Sequence record: PP274704.1
Origin: Escherichia phage ECp13
Strand: one strand, 5' to 3'
DNA: 64,000 bases
How positions within the stretch are numbered: the first letter of the stretch is position 1; each line of letters begins with the position of its first letter. Shown here piece by piece: positions 38,138 to 48,037 of this stretch. The notes beneath the pieces were generated by a model. It was not told where the DNA came from. It saw only the letters and a list, made by a program, of their open reading frames with translations, and ran no database searches. A program made the translations under genes and the position numbers.

Positions 38138-38647
38138 ATGAAAATTTATCGTGTTGAATCATCGTTTAGTATTCTTGATTATGAAGATGCTATAACAATA
38201 CGTCGAAATCTTTGTGTTCAAATAACGCCGTACAGGAGTATAATAGATTCATGGAGCGAAGAGTGGCTATTACGTGTAGGTTATAGTAGACCTAATTTTA
38301 TGCATCATAGCGATAATAATAAAAGAATTCCTCTTCCGCGCGAAGACAAATTATTAGTTAAAAATGCTAATATAGCAATTAATACTAAATTTGAGAAAGA
38401 GGAATATGTAGGCGTAGATCACTATATTCCAGGATGGTTTATAGCTCTTTATCATTTTGCTTTCGCTAGTGAATATGATATGATGAGATGGTTCACACGA
38501 GAAGAGCGTGAAGAATTATCTTCTAAAGGATTTTATCTCGCTGTATACGAAGTTCCTGAAGATGAAGTTATCATTGGCGGACACCAAGTAATGTTCCGTA
38601 AATCCCATGCTGAACTTGTAGATTTTATTGAAATGAGACAATTATGA
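38138..38647 (+). CDS. hypothetical protein, 169 aa
   Basis: ATG 38138 after TGAGGATAATAAA. Confidence 0.5.
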   Translation: MKIYRVESSFSILDYEDAITIRRNLCVQITPYRSIIDSWSEEWLLRVGYSRPNFMHHSDNNKRIPLPREDKLLVKNANIAINTKFEKEEYVGVDHYIPGWFIALYHFAFASEYDMMRWFTREEREELSSKGFYLAVYEVPEDEVIIGGHQVMFRKSHAELVDFIEMRQL

Positions 38648-39186
38648 AATTTAATTATAATCCTGAATACACCCCAAATCCTATAGATAAAATATTTGAT
38701 ATGGATACAGCAAGCATGTACGGCACTCTTGTTAAACCATTAGAAATTAAGGAAACCTTTATGACTGCTCGGATCATCGAAATTGGCAAAACCTACAAAC
38801 TGGTTGAAACTGAAATTAAAACTACTGAACTAAGTTTGGGTTATAAAGCATTGACCAGTGTTTTGGGTGAAGGCGAGTTTGTGGTTAAAAGTTTTTCAAA
38901 AAGTAATTGGCATGATAAGAATAAAGCTTACGTGATTCGAGCACAACGCTTAGATAATGATGAAGTAATTAAAACTATAGTCTTTGAAGTAGAGCTTATC
39001 CTCTTCCAAGAATGCGATCCTACTGACCTTCTAACTCGTGCTGTAGCTATCAAGACTCCATTTGTTTCGGTCTATGGTTGGGTAACAGACCAGTGGATTG
39101 AAGATGGTGTTGAACTTCTGAACGTGGTTCATGCAGGCGATTTTAGCGTAGTACCTCGTAGTGCAGTGGTAGCTATTTTGAATTAA
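38644..39186 (+). CDS. hypothetical protein, 180 aa
   Basis: ATGA overlap with previous ORF. Confidence 0.55.
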   Translation: MKFNYNPEYTPNPIDKIFDMDTASMYGTLVKPLEIKETFMTARIIEIGKTYKLVETEIKTTELSLGYKALTSVLGEGEFVVKSFSKSNWHDKNKAYVIRAQRLDNDEVIKTIVFEVELILFQECDPTDLLTRAVAIKTPFVSVYGWVTDQWIEDGVELLNVVHAGDFSVVPRSAVVAILN

Positions 39187-39188
39187 TA

Positions 39189-39218
39189 GTTTACAAACTC
39201 TTGGGACCAGAGTATAAT
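39189..39218 (+). promoter_or_regulatory. T4-type early promoter with inverted repeat across the -10
   Basis: GTTTAC 39189-94, TATAAT 39213-18; GGGACCA 39202-08 and TGGTCCC 39218-24. Confidence 0.5.
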
Positions 39219-39262
39219 GGTCCCGTGGAGTATAAAATCTTTTTAACAAGTGAGAGATAACT

Positions 39263-39760
39263 ATGATTATTAATATTGGTGAAATTGCTCGTGTATCTGA
39301 TAAATCCCGTTCTAAAGCAGCAGGAAAATTGGTTGAAATTGTAAGCATTCAGCTTAAACACGGTGTTAAAGATGAAGATTCTGAAGTAAAAGTGCGTATC
39401 ATTCCTAAAGATGGAAAATCTAAACCTCAGTTTGGCTATGTTCGTGCGAAATTTATTGAGTCTGCGTTTTTGAAAGCTGTTCCTGCTAAAGGAATTGAAA
39501 CGATTGATACTTCGCATGTAGGCGTAGACTTTAAGTGGAAACTCGGTCAAGCTATTAAGTTCGTTGCTCCTTATGAATTCGAATTTACTGAAGATGAGGA
39601 AGGGGTTGTTCAAAAACACCGTACTCGCGCTATGTGTGCATACATTACCGATCAGTGGGTAGAAGATGGCGTTAAGTTGTACAACGCGGTATTTTTAGGA
39701 ACATACAAAGTCATTCCAGAAAGTTGGATTAAACACTATAGCAAAGCCCGCTGTGCATAA
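39263..39760 (+). CDS. motB: MotB-like protein
   Basis: 165 aa; position relative to dexA and 39 as in T4; name from position and length only. Confidence 0.5.
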   Translation: MIINIGEIARVSDKSRSKAAGKLVEIVSIQLKHGVKDEDSEVKVRIIPKDGKSKPQFGYVRAKFIESAFLKAVPAKGIETIDTSHVGVDFKWKLGQAIKFVAPYEFEFTEDEEGVVQKHRTRAMCAYITDQWVEDGVKLYNAVFLGTYKVIPESWIKHYSKARCA

Positions 39761-39790
39761 AGTTTAAAATTTTTTCATAAAACTATATAC

Positions 39791-39833
39791 ATCAGTAGTT
39801 GATTATGGTACTATATCAATATCAACTACTGAT
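39791..39833 (+). promoter_or_regulatory. 13-bp perfect inverted repeat enclosing a -10-like TACTAT
   Basis: ATCAGTAGTTGAT 39791-803 and ATCAACTACTGAT 39821-833, 17-nt spacer; leader shared with motA promoter region. Confidence 0.45.
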
Positions 39834-39857
39834 ACAGAAAACAACTTGGAGAATAAA

Positions 39858-40127
39858 ATGGAAAACTTAATTATCATCGAACAATCTTTCAACGATTATG
39901 GTATGGCTTACGGTTATCGTGCGATAATGGAAGATTCTCGTGGATGTGTTATCGATATTGCTGAATGTAAAGATTTACTGCAGCTTTTGAAGATTGTTCG
40001 TAAAAATTGGGATTGTGAAAACATTAAAGTTCGTGTTGTAACGGAAGAAGAAACTGTTTTTCATGATGTAAAATTCGCCAAAGGTGCTGCCACTCTTCTG
40101 AAACGCATCGCTCCAATGTTCAATTAA
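39858..40127 (+). CDS. hypothetical protein, 89 aa
   Basis: ATG 39858 after GGAGAATAAA. Confidence 0.5.
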   Translation: MENLIIIEQSFNDYGMAYGYRAIMEDSRGCVIDIAECKDLLQLLKIVRKNWDCENIKVRVVTEEETVFHDVKFAKGAATLLKRIAPMFN

Positions 40128-40140
40128 TGAGGAAATTGTA

Positions 40141-40356
40141 ATGAAACGTAAAAATGTTCAGAATTGCACTAATGACGAATTTGAAGATGTATTATTCGAT
40201 CCAGATTTGGTAGTAGTTCAAAAGGAACACACCGTTAAGTTTACTCACTTGACTTCGGTTTATGTGTATGAAAAGGTTGGTGATAAACAACCCATTTACG
40301 GTGTATTCCGTGAAATTACTGAAAATGGCACAACTTACTGGAAGGAAATTTATTAA
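40141..40356 (+). CDS. hypothetical protein, 71 aa
   Basis: ORF after GAGGAAATTGTA. Confidence 0.5.
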   Translation: MKRKNVQNCTNDEFEDVLFDPDLVVVQKEHTVKFTHLTSVYVYEKVGDKQPIYGVFREITENGTTYWKEIY

Positions 40357-40775
40357 TGGCTATTAGATTTGAAGTTAATAAATGGTATCAATTTAAAAAT
40401 AAACAAGCTCAAGAAAATTTTATTAAAGACCATACTGATAACGGAATCTATGCACGCCGTTTAGGTATGCATCCTTTTAAAATTTTAGATGTTGACCATC
40501 TTGGTCGTCCTACTAAAATTGTGACATCTACTGGCACAGTTGGATATGCAAAACATGGTGATATCCTTGATGAAAACTTTATCTGGCTCTCTACCAACGA
40601 AGCTGGGTTCTTTGATGAAGTGGAAAATCCATATCAGGCAGCTGAAGAGCAAGAGCAGGAAGAGCAAGAACAAATAGAAGATTTCACAGAATTTCCTATC
40701 ATGAAAGTTACTATTGAAAATAATGAACAGGCATGGTCCTTGTATCAGATGTTGAAAGCACACTTTAAGGAATAA
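40356..40775 (+). CDS. hypothetical protein with acidic Glu/Gln repeat, 139 aa
   Basis: ATGA-type overlap; [16 protein letters not shown] tract. Confidence 0.5.
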   Translation: MAIRFEVNKWYQFKNKQAQENFIKDHTDNGIYARRLGMHPFKILDVDHLGRPTKIVTSTGTVGYAKHGDILDENFIWLSTNEAGFFDEVENPYQAAEEQEQEEQEQIEDFTEFPIMKVTIENNEQAWSLYQMLKAHFKE

Positions 40776-40777
40776 TT

Positions 40778-40954
40778 ATGCCAATGTATGATTATAAATG
40801 CCAATCCGAAGATTGCGGGCATGAATATGAAAAAATTAAAAAGATTTCTGAACGAGAAAATGATGTTTGTCCTAAATGTCATCGTCTGTCTACTCGTCGG
40901 CCTTCTGCTCCTAAGCATGTGAATGGTGGATTTTACGACTTACTTAAAGGGTGA
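40778..40954 (+). CDS. small zinc-ribbon protein, 58 aa
   Basis: hand-translated; CQSEDCGH...CPKCH four-Cys ribbon; below ORF-track cutoff. Confidence 0.45.
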   Translation: MPMYDYKCQSEDCGHEYEKIKKISERENDVCPKCHRLSTRRPSAPKHVNGGFYDLLKG

Positions 40955-40956
40955 TT

Positions 40957-41328
40957 ATGTTTAAAATCGGTAAGAAATATCGTGTTCGTGAAGGTGAAGA
41001 AAAGAAATATCTGCTTTCTTCTATTTATAGGAATGGTTCTATTAATGCCGTAATATCTACAAGCGAATTTATCGTTGAAGATATGAAAGGTAATAATGTT
41101 ACAATGATTAGTACAGCATCTGGAAATGACGGAAAAATTCTTCACAGTTTTCAGAGTAATGTTCTAATATATGATGAAGAATTTGACTTCTTCGAAGAAG
41201 TTCCTGAAGATTTTAGTTTTGAATGCACTATCACTATGAAATCTGGCGACCCTCTTTCTTTTACGGTTAAAGATGAAAGAAGCCGCTTGAGAATTATTAG
41301 TCTCCTTCAAGCCATTAAATTTGAGTGA
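40957..41328 (+). CDS. hypothetical protein, 123 aa
   Basis: ATG 40957 after AAGGGTGATT. Confidence 0.5.
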   Translation: MFKIGKKYRVREGEEKKYLLSSIYRNGSINAVISTSEFIVEDMKGNNVTMISTASGNDGKILHSFQSNVLIYDEEFDFFEEVPEDFSFECTITMKSGDPLSFTVKDERSRLRIISLLQAIKFE

Positions 41329-41332
41329 AATT

Positions 41333-41593
41333 ATGAAATATGTTAATCGTTCTATCGCGGCATTAGTATTAGCAGTGTCTTTAGCAGGATGTACTGATGC
41401 TGATAATGCAACCAAAGTTTTGTCTTCAAGTGGGTTTACTAATATTGAAATCACTGGATACAATTGGTTCGGTTGCTCTGAAAATGATTTCCAACATACT
41501 GGATTTCGTGCTATTGGACCTACCGGGCAGAAAGTAGAAGGAACCGTATGTTCTGGTCTATTCTTCAAGGATTCGACTATCCGTTTTAAATAA
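41333..41593 (+). CDS. putative lipoprotein, 86 aa
   Basis: signal and lipobox ALVLAVSLAGC. Confidence 0.5.
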   Translation: MKYVNRSIAALVLAVSLAGCTDADNATKVLSSSGFTNIEITGYNWFGCSENDFQHTGFRAIGPTGQKVEGTVCSGLFFKDSTIRFK

Positions 41594-41617
41594 AAGGCCT
41601 TCGGGCCTTTAGCTTTA
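41594..41617 (+). terminator. hairpin/terminator (AAGGCC-UUCG-GGCCUU)
   Basis: perfect stem with UUCG loop, short T run. Confidence 0.5.
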
Positions 41618-41662
41618 TGATTACCGGAGTATAATATTCCCGAAACCAAACGAGGATAAGTG

Positions 41663-43480
41663 ATGATTAAGAATGAAATTAAAATTCTGAGCGATATTGA
41701 ACATATCAAAAAGCGTAGCGGCATGTACATTGGCTCTTCCGCTAATGAAATGCATGAGCGCTTTCTGTTTGGTAAATGGGAAAGTGTTCAGTATGTACCT
41801 GGTCTTGTTAAGCTTATTGATGAAATTATCGATAACTCAGTAGATGAAGGTATTCGTACTAAGTTTAAATTCGCGAATAAAATTAATGTTACTATCAAAA
41901 ACAATCAAGTAACAGTTGAAGATAACGGTCGTGGTATTCCACAAGCGATGGTTAAAACACCTACTGGTGAAGAAATTCCCGGTCCTGTTGCCGCCTGGAC
42001 TATTCCAAAAGCAGGTGGTAACTTCGGTGATGATAAAGAACGTGTCACTGGCGGTATGAACGGTGTTGGTTCTAGTTTAACTAACATTTTTTCTGTGATG
42101 TTTGTCGGTGAAACTGGCGACGGTCAAAATAATATTGTAGTTCGTTGTTCAAATGGCATGGAAAATAAATCATGGGAAGATATTCCCGGAAAATGGAAAG
42201 GAACTCGTGTTACTTTCATTCCTGATTTTATGTCATTTGAAACTAATGAGCTGTCTCAAGTTTATCTTGACATTACACTGGATCGTCTCCAGACACTTGC
42301 AGTAGTTTATCCTGATATTCAATTTACCTTTAATGGTAAAAAGGTTCAGGGTAATTTTAAGAAATATGCACGCCAATATGATGAGCATGCTATTGTTCAA
42401 GAACAAGAAAATTGTTCTATTGCGGTTGGTCGTTCACCAGATGGTTTTCGTCAATTAACATACGTCAATAACATTCATACTAAGAATGGTGGCCATCACA
42501 TTGACTGCGTTATGGATGATATTTGTGAAGACCTTATTCCACAAATCAAACGTAAGTTCAAAATTGATGTAACTAAAGCACGTGTTAAAGAATGTTTGAC
42601 TATCGTTATGTTTGTTCGTGATATGAAAAACATGCGATTTGATTCTCAGACTAAAGAGCGTTTGACTTCTCCATTTGGTGAAATTCGTAGTCATATTCAG
42701 CTTGATGCTAAAAAGATTTCACGTGCTATTTTAAATAATGAAGCAATTTTAATGCCAATTATTGAAGCTGCCTTGGCTCGTAAATTGGCAGCAGAAAAAG
42801 CAGCAGAAACTAAAGCAGCTAAAAAGGCTTCTAAAGCTAAGGTTCATAAACATATTAAAGCGAATCTTTGTGGTAAAGACGCTGACACTACTCTTTTCTT
42901 GACTGAGGGTGATTCTGCTATCGGATATCTTATTGATGTTCGTGATAAAGAACTTCATGGTGGTTATCCATTGCGTGGTAAAGTTCTCAACAGTTGGGGT
43001 ATGTCATATGCTGATATGCTTAAAAACAAAGAACTGTTTGATATTTGTGCAATTACTGGATTAGTTCTTGGTGAAAAAGCTGAAAACTTGAATTATCATA
43101 ATATTGCTATTATGACCGATGCTGACCATGATGGTCTAGGAAGCATTTATCCTTCTCTGCTCGGATTTTTTAGTAATTGGCCAGAACTGTTTGAACAAGG
43201 AAGAATTCGCTTCGTCAAAACTCCTGTAATCATCGCTCAGGTCGGTAAAAAACAAGAATGGTTTTATACAGTCGCTGAATATGAGAGTGCCAAAGATGCT
43301 CTACCTAAACATAGCATCCGTTATATTAAGGGACTTGGCTCTTTGGAAAAATCTGAATATCGTGAGATGATTCAAAACCCAGTATATGATGTTGTTAAAC
43401 TTCCTGAGAACTGGAAAGAGCTTTTTGAAATGCTCATGGGAGATAATGCTGACCTTCGTAAAGAATGGATGAGCCAATAG
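41663..43480 (+). CDS. 39: DNA topoisomerase II large subunit gp39 (GyrB-like), single ORF covering T4 genes 39+60
   Basis: 605 aa from ATG 41663 (SD GAGGATAAG); GHKL ATPase and TOPRIM motifs; no interruption. Confidence 0.9.
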   Translation: MIKNEIKILSDIEHIKKRSGMYIGSSANEMHERFLFGKWESVQYVPGLVKLIDEIIDNSVDEGIRTKFKFANKINVTIKNNQVTVEDNGRGIPQAMVKTPTGEEIPGPVAAWTIPKAGGNFGDDKERVTGGMNGVGSSLTNIFSVMFVGETGDGQNNIVVRCSNGMENKSWEDIPGKWKGTRVTFIPDFMSFETNELSQVYLDITLDRLQTLAVVYPDIQFTFNGKKVQGNFKKYARQYDEHAIVQEQENCSIAVGRSPDGFRQLTYVNNIHTKNGGHHIDCVMDDICEDLIPQIKRKFKIDVTKARVKECLTIVMFVRDMKNMRFDSQTKERLTSPFGEIRSHIQLDAKKISRAILNNEAILMPIIEAALARKLAAEKAAETKAAKKASKAKVHKHIKANLCGKDADTTLFLTEGDSAIGYLIDVRDKELHGGYPLRGKVLNSWGMSYADMLKNKELFDICAITGLVLGEKAENLNYHNIAIMTDADHDGLGSIYPSLLGFFSNWPELFEQGRIRFVKTPVIIAQVGKKQEWFYTVAEYESAKDALPKHSIRYIKGLGSLEKSEYREMIQNPVYDVVKLPENWKELFEMLMGDNADLRKEWMSQ

Positions 43481-43509
43481 TTTACTTTACCACAAGGATG
43501 TGGTATAAT
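43480..43509 (+). promoter_or_regulatory. T4-type early promoter
   Basis: GTTTAC 43480-85, 18-nt spacer, TGG-TATAAT; near-identical to 11-40. Confidence 0.6.
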
Positions 43510-43534
43510 TAATTGGGCAAATGAGGATATTGAA

Positions 43535-43738
43535 ATGAAATCATATAGAGTAAATTTAGAACTTTTTGATAAAGCAGTTCATCGAGAATATAGAATCATT
43601 CAACGCTTTTTCGATATGGGAGAAGCTGAAGAGTTTAAAAACCGCTTTAAGGATATTAGAGATAAAATTCAATCCGACACCGCAACTAAAGATGAACTAC
43701 TAGAAGTTGCTGAAGTTATTAAACGCAATATGAATTAA
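43535..43738 (+). CDS. hypothetical protein, 67 aa
   Basis: ORF after ATGAGGATATTGAA. Confidence 0.5.
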   Translation: MKSYRVNLELFDKAVHREYRIIQRFFDMGEAEEFKNRFKDIRDKIQSDTATKDELLEVAEVIKRNMN

Positions 43739-43748
43739 TGAGGAAATT

Positions 43749-45925
43749 ATGATTATCACCACTGAAAAAGAAACAATTCTTGGTAATGGTTCTAAATCAA
43801 AAGCATTTAGCATCACAGCATCTCCTAAAGTATTCAAAATTCTGTCATCTGATTTGTATACAAACAAGATTCGCGCAGTAGTCCGTGAATTGATTACCAA
43901 CATGATTGATGCCCATGCTCTCAATGGAAATCCTGAAAAATTTATCATTCAAGTTCCAGGACGATTAGATCCGCGATTTGTTTGTCGAGATTTTGGTCCA
44001 GGTATGAGCGATTTTGATATTCAAGGTGATGATAATTCTCCTGGGTTGTATAATTCATACTTTAGTTCATCTAAGGCTGAATCTAACGATTTCATTGGTG
44101 GATTTGGTTTAGGTTCTAAATCTCCGTTTAGTTATACTGATACATTTAGTATTACTTCATATCATAAAGGCGAAATTCGTGGTTATGTAGCTTACATGGA
44201 TGGCGATGGTCCACAAATTAAACCTACATTTGTAAAAGAAATGGGTCCAGATGATAAAACTGGTATTGAAATCGTAGTTCCAGTTGAAGAAAAAGACTTT
44301 AGAAACTTTGCTTATGAAGTTTCTTATATCATGCGACCATTCAAAGATTTAGCTATCATTAATGGTCTTGACCGCGAAATTGATTATTTTCCGGATTTTG
44401 ATGACTATTACGGCGTAAATCCAGAAAGATACTGGCCAGATCGTGGTGGATTGTATGCTATCTATGGCGGTATTGTTTATCCTATCGATGGTGTTATTAG
44501 AGACCGTAACTGGTTAAGCATCCGTAATGAAGTGAATTACATTAAGTTTCCAATGGGTTCACTTGATATTGCTCCATCACGCGAAGCTCTTTCACTAGAT
44601 GATCGTACTCGTAAAAATATTATTGAGCGTGTTAAAGAGCTTAGTGAGAAGGCATTCAATGAAGATGTAAAACGATTTAAAGAATCTACATCTCCTCGTC
44701 ATACATACCGTGAATTGATGAAGATGGGATATTCTGCTCGAGATTATATGATTAGTAATTCAGTCAAATTTACGACTAAAAATCTGTCATATAAGAAGAT
44801 GCAAAGCATGTTTGAACCAGATAGTAAGCTATGCAATGCAGGAGTTGTGTATGAAGTAAATCTTGACCCTCGACTGAAACGCATTAAGCAAAGTCATGAA
44901 ACTTCAGCCGTTGCATCAAGTTATCGTCTGTTCGGTATTAATACAACAAAAATTAATATCGTTATTGATAATATTAAAAATCGCGTTAATATTGTCCGTG
45001 GATTAGCGCATGCGTTAGATGATAAAGAATTTAATAACACTTTAAATATTCATCACAACGAGCGTCTTCTGTTTATTAATCCGGAAGTAGAATCGCAGAT
45101 TGATTTACTCCCTGATATTATGGCAATGTTTGAAAGTGATGAAGTTAACTTCATCACTTGTCAGAAATTGAAGCTTTAGTTAAAAGTTATATTCCGAAGG
45201 CAGTTAAAAGTAAAGCTCCTCGTCCTAAAGCTGCTACTGCGTTTAAGTTTGAAATTAAAGACGGGCGCTGGGAAAAAGAGGAACTGTTTACACTTACGTC
45301 AGAAGCAGATGAAATTACTGGTTATGTAGCATACATGCATCGTTCTGATATTTTCTCTATGGATGGTACTACATCGCTCTGTAATCCGTCTACGAGTATT
45401 TTGACTCGTATGGCTAATCTTATTGGCATTAATGAATTTTATGTTATTCGTCCACTTTTGCAGAAAAAGGTAAAAGAACTTGGTCAGTGCCAATGTATTT
45501 TTGAAACTCTACGTGATTTATATGTAGATGCTTTTGATGATGTAGATTATGATAAGTATGTAGGTTATTCAAGTTCAGCTAAACGATATATTGATAAAAT
45601 TATCAAGTATCCTGAGTTAGATTTTATGATGAAGTACTTCAGTGTAGATGAAGTTTCCGAAGAATATACACGACTCGCTAATATGGTTAGTTCATTACAG
45701 GGTGTATATTTCAACTGTGGAAAAGATACCATCGGTCATGACATCTGGACAGTAACTAATCTTTTTGATGTATTATCAAACAATGCTTCAAAAAACAGTG
45801 ATAAAATGGTTACTGAGTTTACTAAGAAATTCCGTATTGTTTCCGACTTCATCGGTTATCGCAACTCTTTAAGTGATGATGAAGTTTCCCAAATCGCTAA
45901 AACTATGAAGGCCCTTGCGGCCTAA
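43749..45925 (+). pseudogene. rIIA: rIIA interrupted by an apparent 1-nt deletion
   Basis: 476-codon ORF (43749..45179) continues in -1 frame as 255-codon ORF (45158..45925); sum ~ rIIA length (~725 aa in T4); GHKL ATPase-like N-terminus. Confidence 0.65.
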
Positions 45926-45936
45926 TAAGGAAAATT

Positions 45937-46875
45937 ATGTACAATATTAAATGCCTGACCAAAAACGAACAATCTGAAATTGTCAAACTGTATTCAAGTG
46001 GTAATTACACCCAACAGGAATTGGCTGATTGGCAAGGTGTATCGGTGGACACAATCCGTCGTGTTTTGAAAAATGCTGAAGAAGCTGAGCGCTCTAAAGT
46101 TACTATTAGTGGTGATATTACAGTTAAAGTTAATAGCGATGCAGTTATTGCTCCAGTTGCTAAATCTGACATTATTTGGAATGCATCTAAAAAATTCATT
46201 TCAATTACTGTTGACGGTGTAACTTATAACGCAACTCCTAATACTCATTCAAACTTCCAGGAAATTCTTAATCTGCTTGTTGCAGATAAATTGGAAGAAG
46301 CGGCACAAAAAATTAATGTTCGACGCGCTGTTGAAAAATATATTTCCGGTGATGTTCGAATTGAAGGTGGAAGCTTGTTCTATCAAAATATTGAATTGCG
46401 ATCTGGTTTAGTTGATCGTATTCTCGATTCGATGGAAAAAGGCGAAAACTTTGAATTTTATTTTCCGTTCTTGGAAAATCTGTTGGAAAACCCGAGCCAA
46501 AAAGCGGTATCTCGACTCTTTGATTTCTTGGTAGCAAACGATATTGAAATCACAGAAGATGGTTACTTCTATGCTTGGAAAGTAGTTCGCAGTAATTACT
46601 TTGATTGTCATTCAAATACTTTTGATAACAGTCCTGGTAAAGTAGTTAAAATGCCACGTACTCGTGTGAATGACGATGATACACAAACTTGTTCTCGTGG
46701 TCTGCATGTGTGTTCTAAATCTTATATTCGTCACTTTGGCAGTTCAACCAGCCGAGTTGTAAAAGTTAAAGTACATCCTCGCGATGTAGTATCAATTCCG
46801 ATTGATTACAATGATGCTAAAATGCGTACCTGCCAATACGAAGTAGTTGAAGACGTTACTGAACAATTTAAATAA
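45937..46875 (+). CDS. rIIB: rIIB protein
   Basis: 312 aa; matches recalled T4 rIIB. Confidence 0.9.
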   Translation: MYNIKCLTKNEQSEIVKLYSSGNYTQQELADWQGVSVDTIRRVLKNAEEAERSKVTISGDITVKVNSDAVIAPVAKSDIIWNASKKFISITVDGVTYNATPNTHSNFQEILNLLVADKLEEAAQKINVRRAVEKYISGDVRIEGGSLFYQNIELRSGLVDRILDSMEKGENFEFYFPFLENLLENPSQKAVSRLFDFLVANDIEITEDGYFYAWKVVRSNYFDCHSNTFDNSPGKVVKMPRTRVNDDDTQTCSRGLHVCSKSYIRHFGSSTSRVVKVKVHPRDVVSIPIDYNDAKMRTCQYEVVEDVTEQFK

Positions 46876-46889
46876 GGGCTTCGGCCCTT
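46874..46889 (+). other. GC-rich UUCG hairpin without T tract after rIIB
   Basis: AAGGGC-UUCG-GCCCUU directly followed by SD of next ORF. Confidence 0.5.
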
Positions 46890-46903
46890 AACTAAGGAAA
46901 ATT

Positions 46904-47098
46904 ATGTTAGGTTATCAAGCACGAGTAAAAGAAGAATACGATCAATTAATGCTCAAAATTAATGCACTGAGCAAATTTTTAGAAAGCACAAAGTTTCTAA
47001 CGATTAATGAAGTTGAGCAAGAACTGCTGCTTTCGCAGCTCATCTCAATGAAATCTTACGCAGATTGTTTAGAAAAAAGAATTGCACAATTCAAATAA
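46904..47098 (+). CDS. hypothetical protein, 64 aa
   Basis: ORF after AAGGAAAATT. Confidence 0.5.
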   Translation: MLGYQARVKEEYDQLMLKINALSKFLESTKFLTINEVEQELLLSQLISMKSYADCLEKRIAQFK

Positions 47099-47102
47099 AA
47101 TA

Positions 47103-47125
47103 AGGGGCTTCGGCCCTTTTGTTTT
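47103..47125 (+). terminator. rho-independent terminator (GGGGC-UUCG-GCCC + TTTTGTTTT)
   Basis: GC stem, UUCG loop, T-rich tail. Confidence 0.7.
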
Positions 47126-47136
47126 AAGGAAAAATT

Positions 47137-47466
47137 ATGATTTATTGTATGAATATCGGTGATTCCGACATAAAAGAGATTAAACTGCACGGAAATCATC
47201 ATGCTAATATTGTGTACTGCAATAAATTTGAGTTTGGTCACGAAAAACTTGGGTTTCTTTACTGCAATGATATTATAGTCATGGATAAAAAGGAACTCGA
47301 TGAACTTGACCATGAGTCTTTAGATGAAAATGACCGAATTTATTACGGCACTCTTAAAGTATATAACGCTTATCTCAGCGGTAAAAAGGAAAGTCTAAAT
47401 GCAGAAAACGAATCCGGGTTTACAGAGACTATTTCAGATTCCGACATTTACCCTATCGAACAGTGA
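47137..47466 (+). CDS. hypothetical protein, 109 aa
   Basis: ORF after AAGGAAAAATT; 3' end overlaps next ORF by 68 nt. Confidence 0.45.
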   Translation: MIYCMNIGDSDIKEIKLHGNHHANIVYCNKFEFGHEKLGFLYCNDIIVMDKKELDELDHESLDENDRIYYGTLKVYNAYLSGKKESLNAENESGFTETISDSDIYPIEQ

Positions 47467-47956
47467 CTTGACTAGTGAAATGAAGGTCAAAATTGCTGAT
47501 ACAGCAAGATACTCTTTAAAACAAAATCCAAATCAGGATAAAGCAGAAGTTATTGAAAGATGTCGTATCGCGGTGTACGCAGAATTTTTTGTAGCAGATT
47601 GGCTAAGTGGGTATGTTAACAAAGGCCAAGAAGATGTTAATGACCCGTATACATATGCATGGGATGTATTGGCGCATCCAAGATACTGCGGGCTTCGTGT
47701 AGAAGTTAAGACACATCAAACTGACTCACGTTGGATTTCTGTAACAACAGGATGCAGCGGAGAGTATCCATATGGTTCTGGAATAAATCTAGGGCCCATT
47801 CTGAATCATCAGGTCGCTGACTGTATAATTATATTCAACACTAAAGAAATTCATCCAGGTGTCATCCAGTACACTCCGAAGTTCATTGGTGATAGAGAAG
47901 ACCTTCGTAAGGTTGTAAGAAAAAGCAACTACAACGGATGGTATCTTTCCATTTAA
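47399..47956 (+). CDS. denB: endonuclease IV (DenB-like)
   Basis: 185 aa as in T4 DenB; position after rIIB; start could instead be internal Met at 47480; name from position and length only. Confidence 0.55.
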   Translation: MQKTNPGLQRLFQIPTFTLSNSDLTSEMKVKIADTARYSLKQNPNQDKAEVIERCRIAVYAEFFVADWLSGYVNKGQEDVNDPYTYAWDVLAHPRYCGLRVEVKTHQTDSRWISVTTGCSGEYPYGSGINLGPILNHQVADCIIIFNTKEIHPGVIQYTPKFIGDREDLRKVVRKSNYNGWYLSI

Positions 47957-47973
47957 AAAATTTTCACAAAACG

Positions 47974-48003
47974 GTTTACATACCACAAGGACTGTGGTAC
48001 TAT
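47974..48003 (+). promoter_or_regulatory. T4-type early promoter
   Basis: GTTTAC 47974-79, 18-nt spacer, TGG-TACTAT. Confidence 0.55.
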
Positions 48004-48037
48004 ACAACTATCAACTGATACGGATTTGGAGAATAAA

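Noticed and set aside
24292-45176. AAGCTT (HindIII) sites near both frame breaks and at the uvsX start as a sign of engineering
   Set aside because: AAGCTT is expected often by chance in AT-rich sequence, and the rIIA break lies about 15 nt upstream of the site rather than at it.
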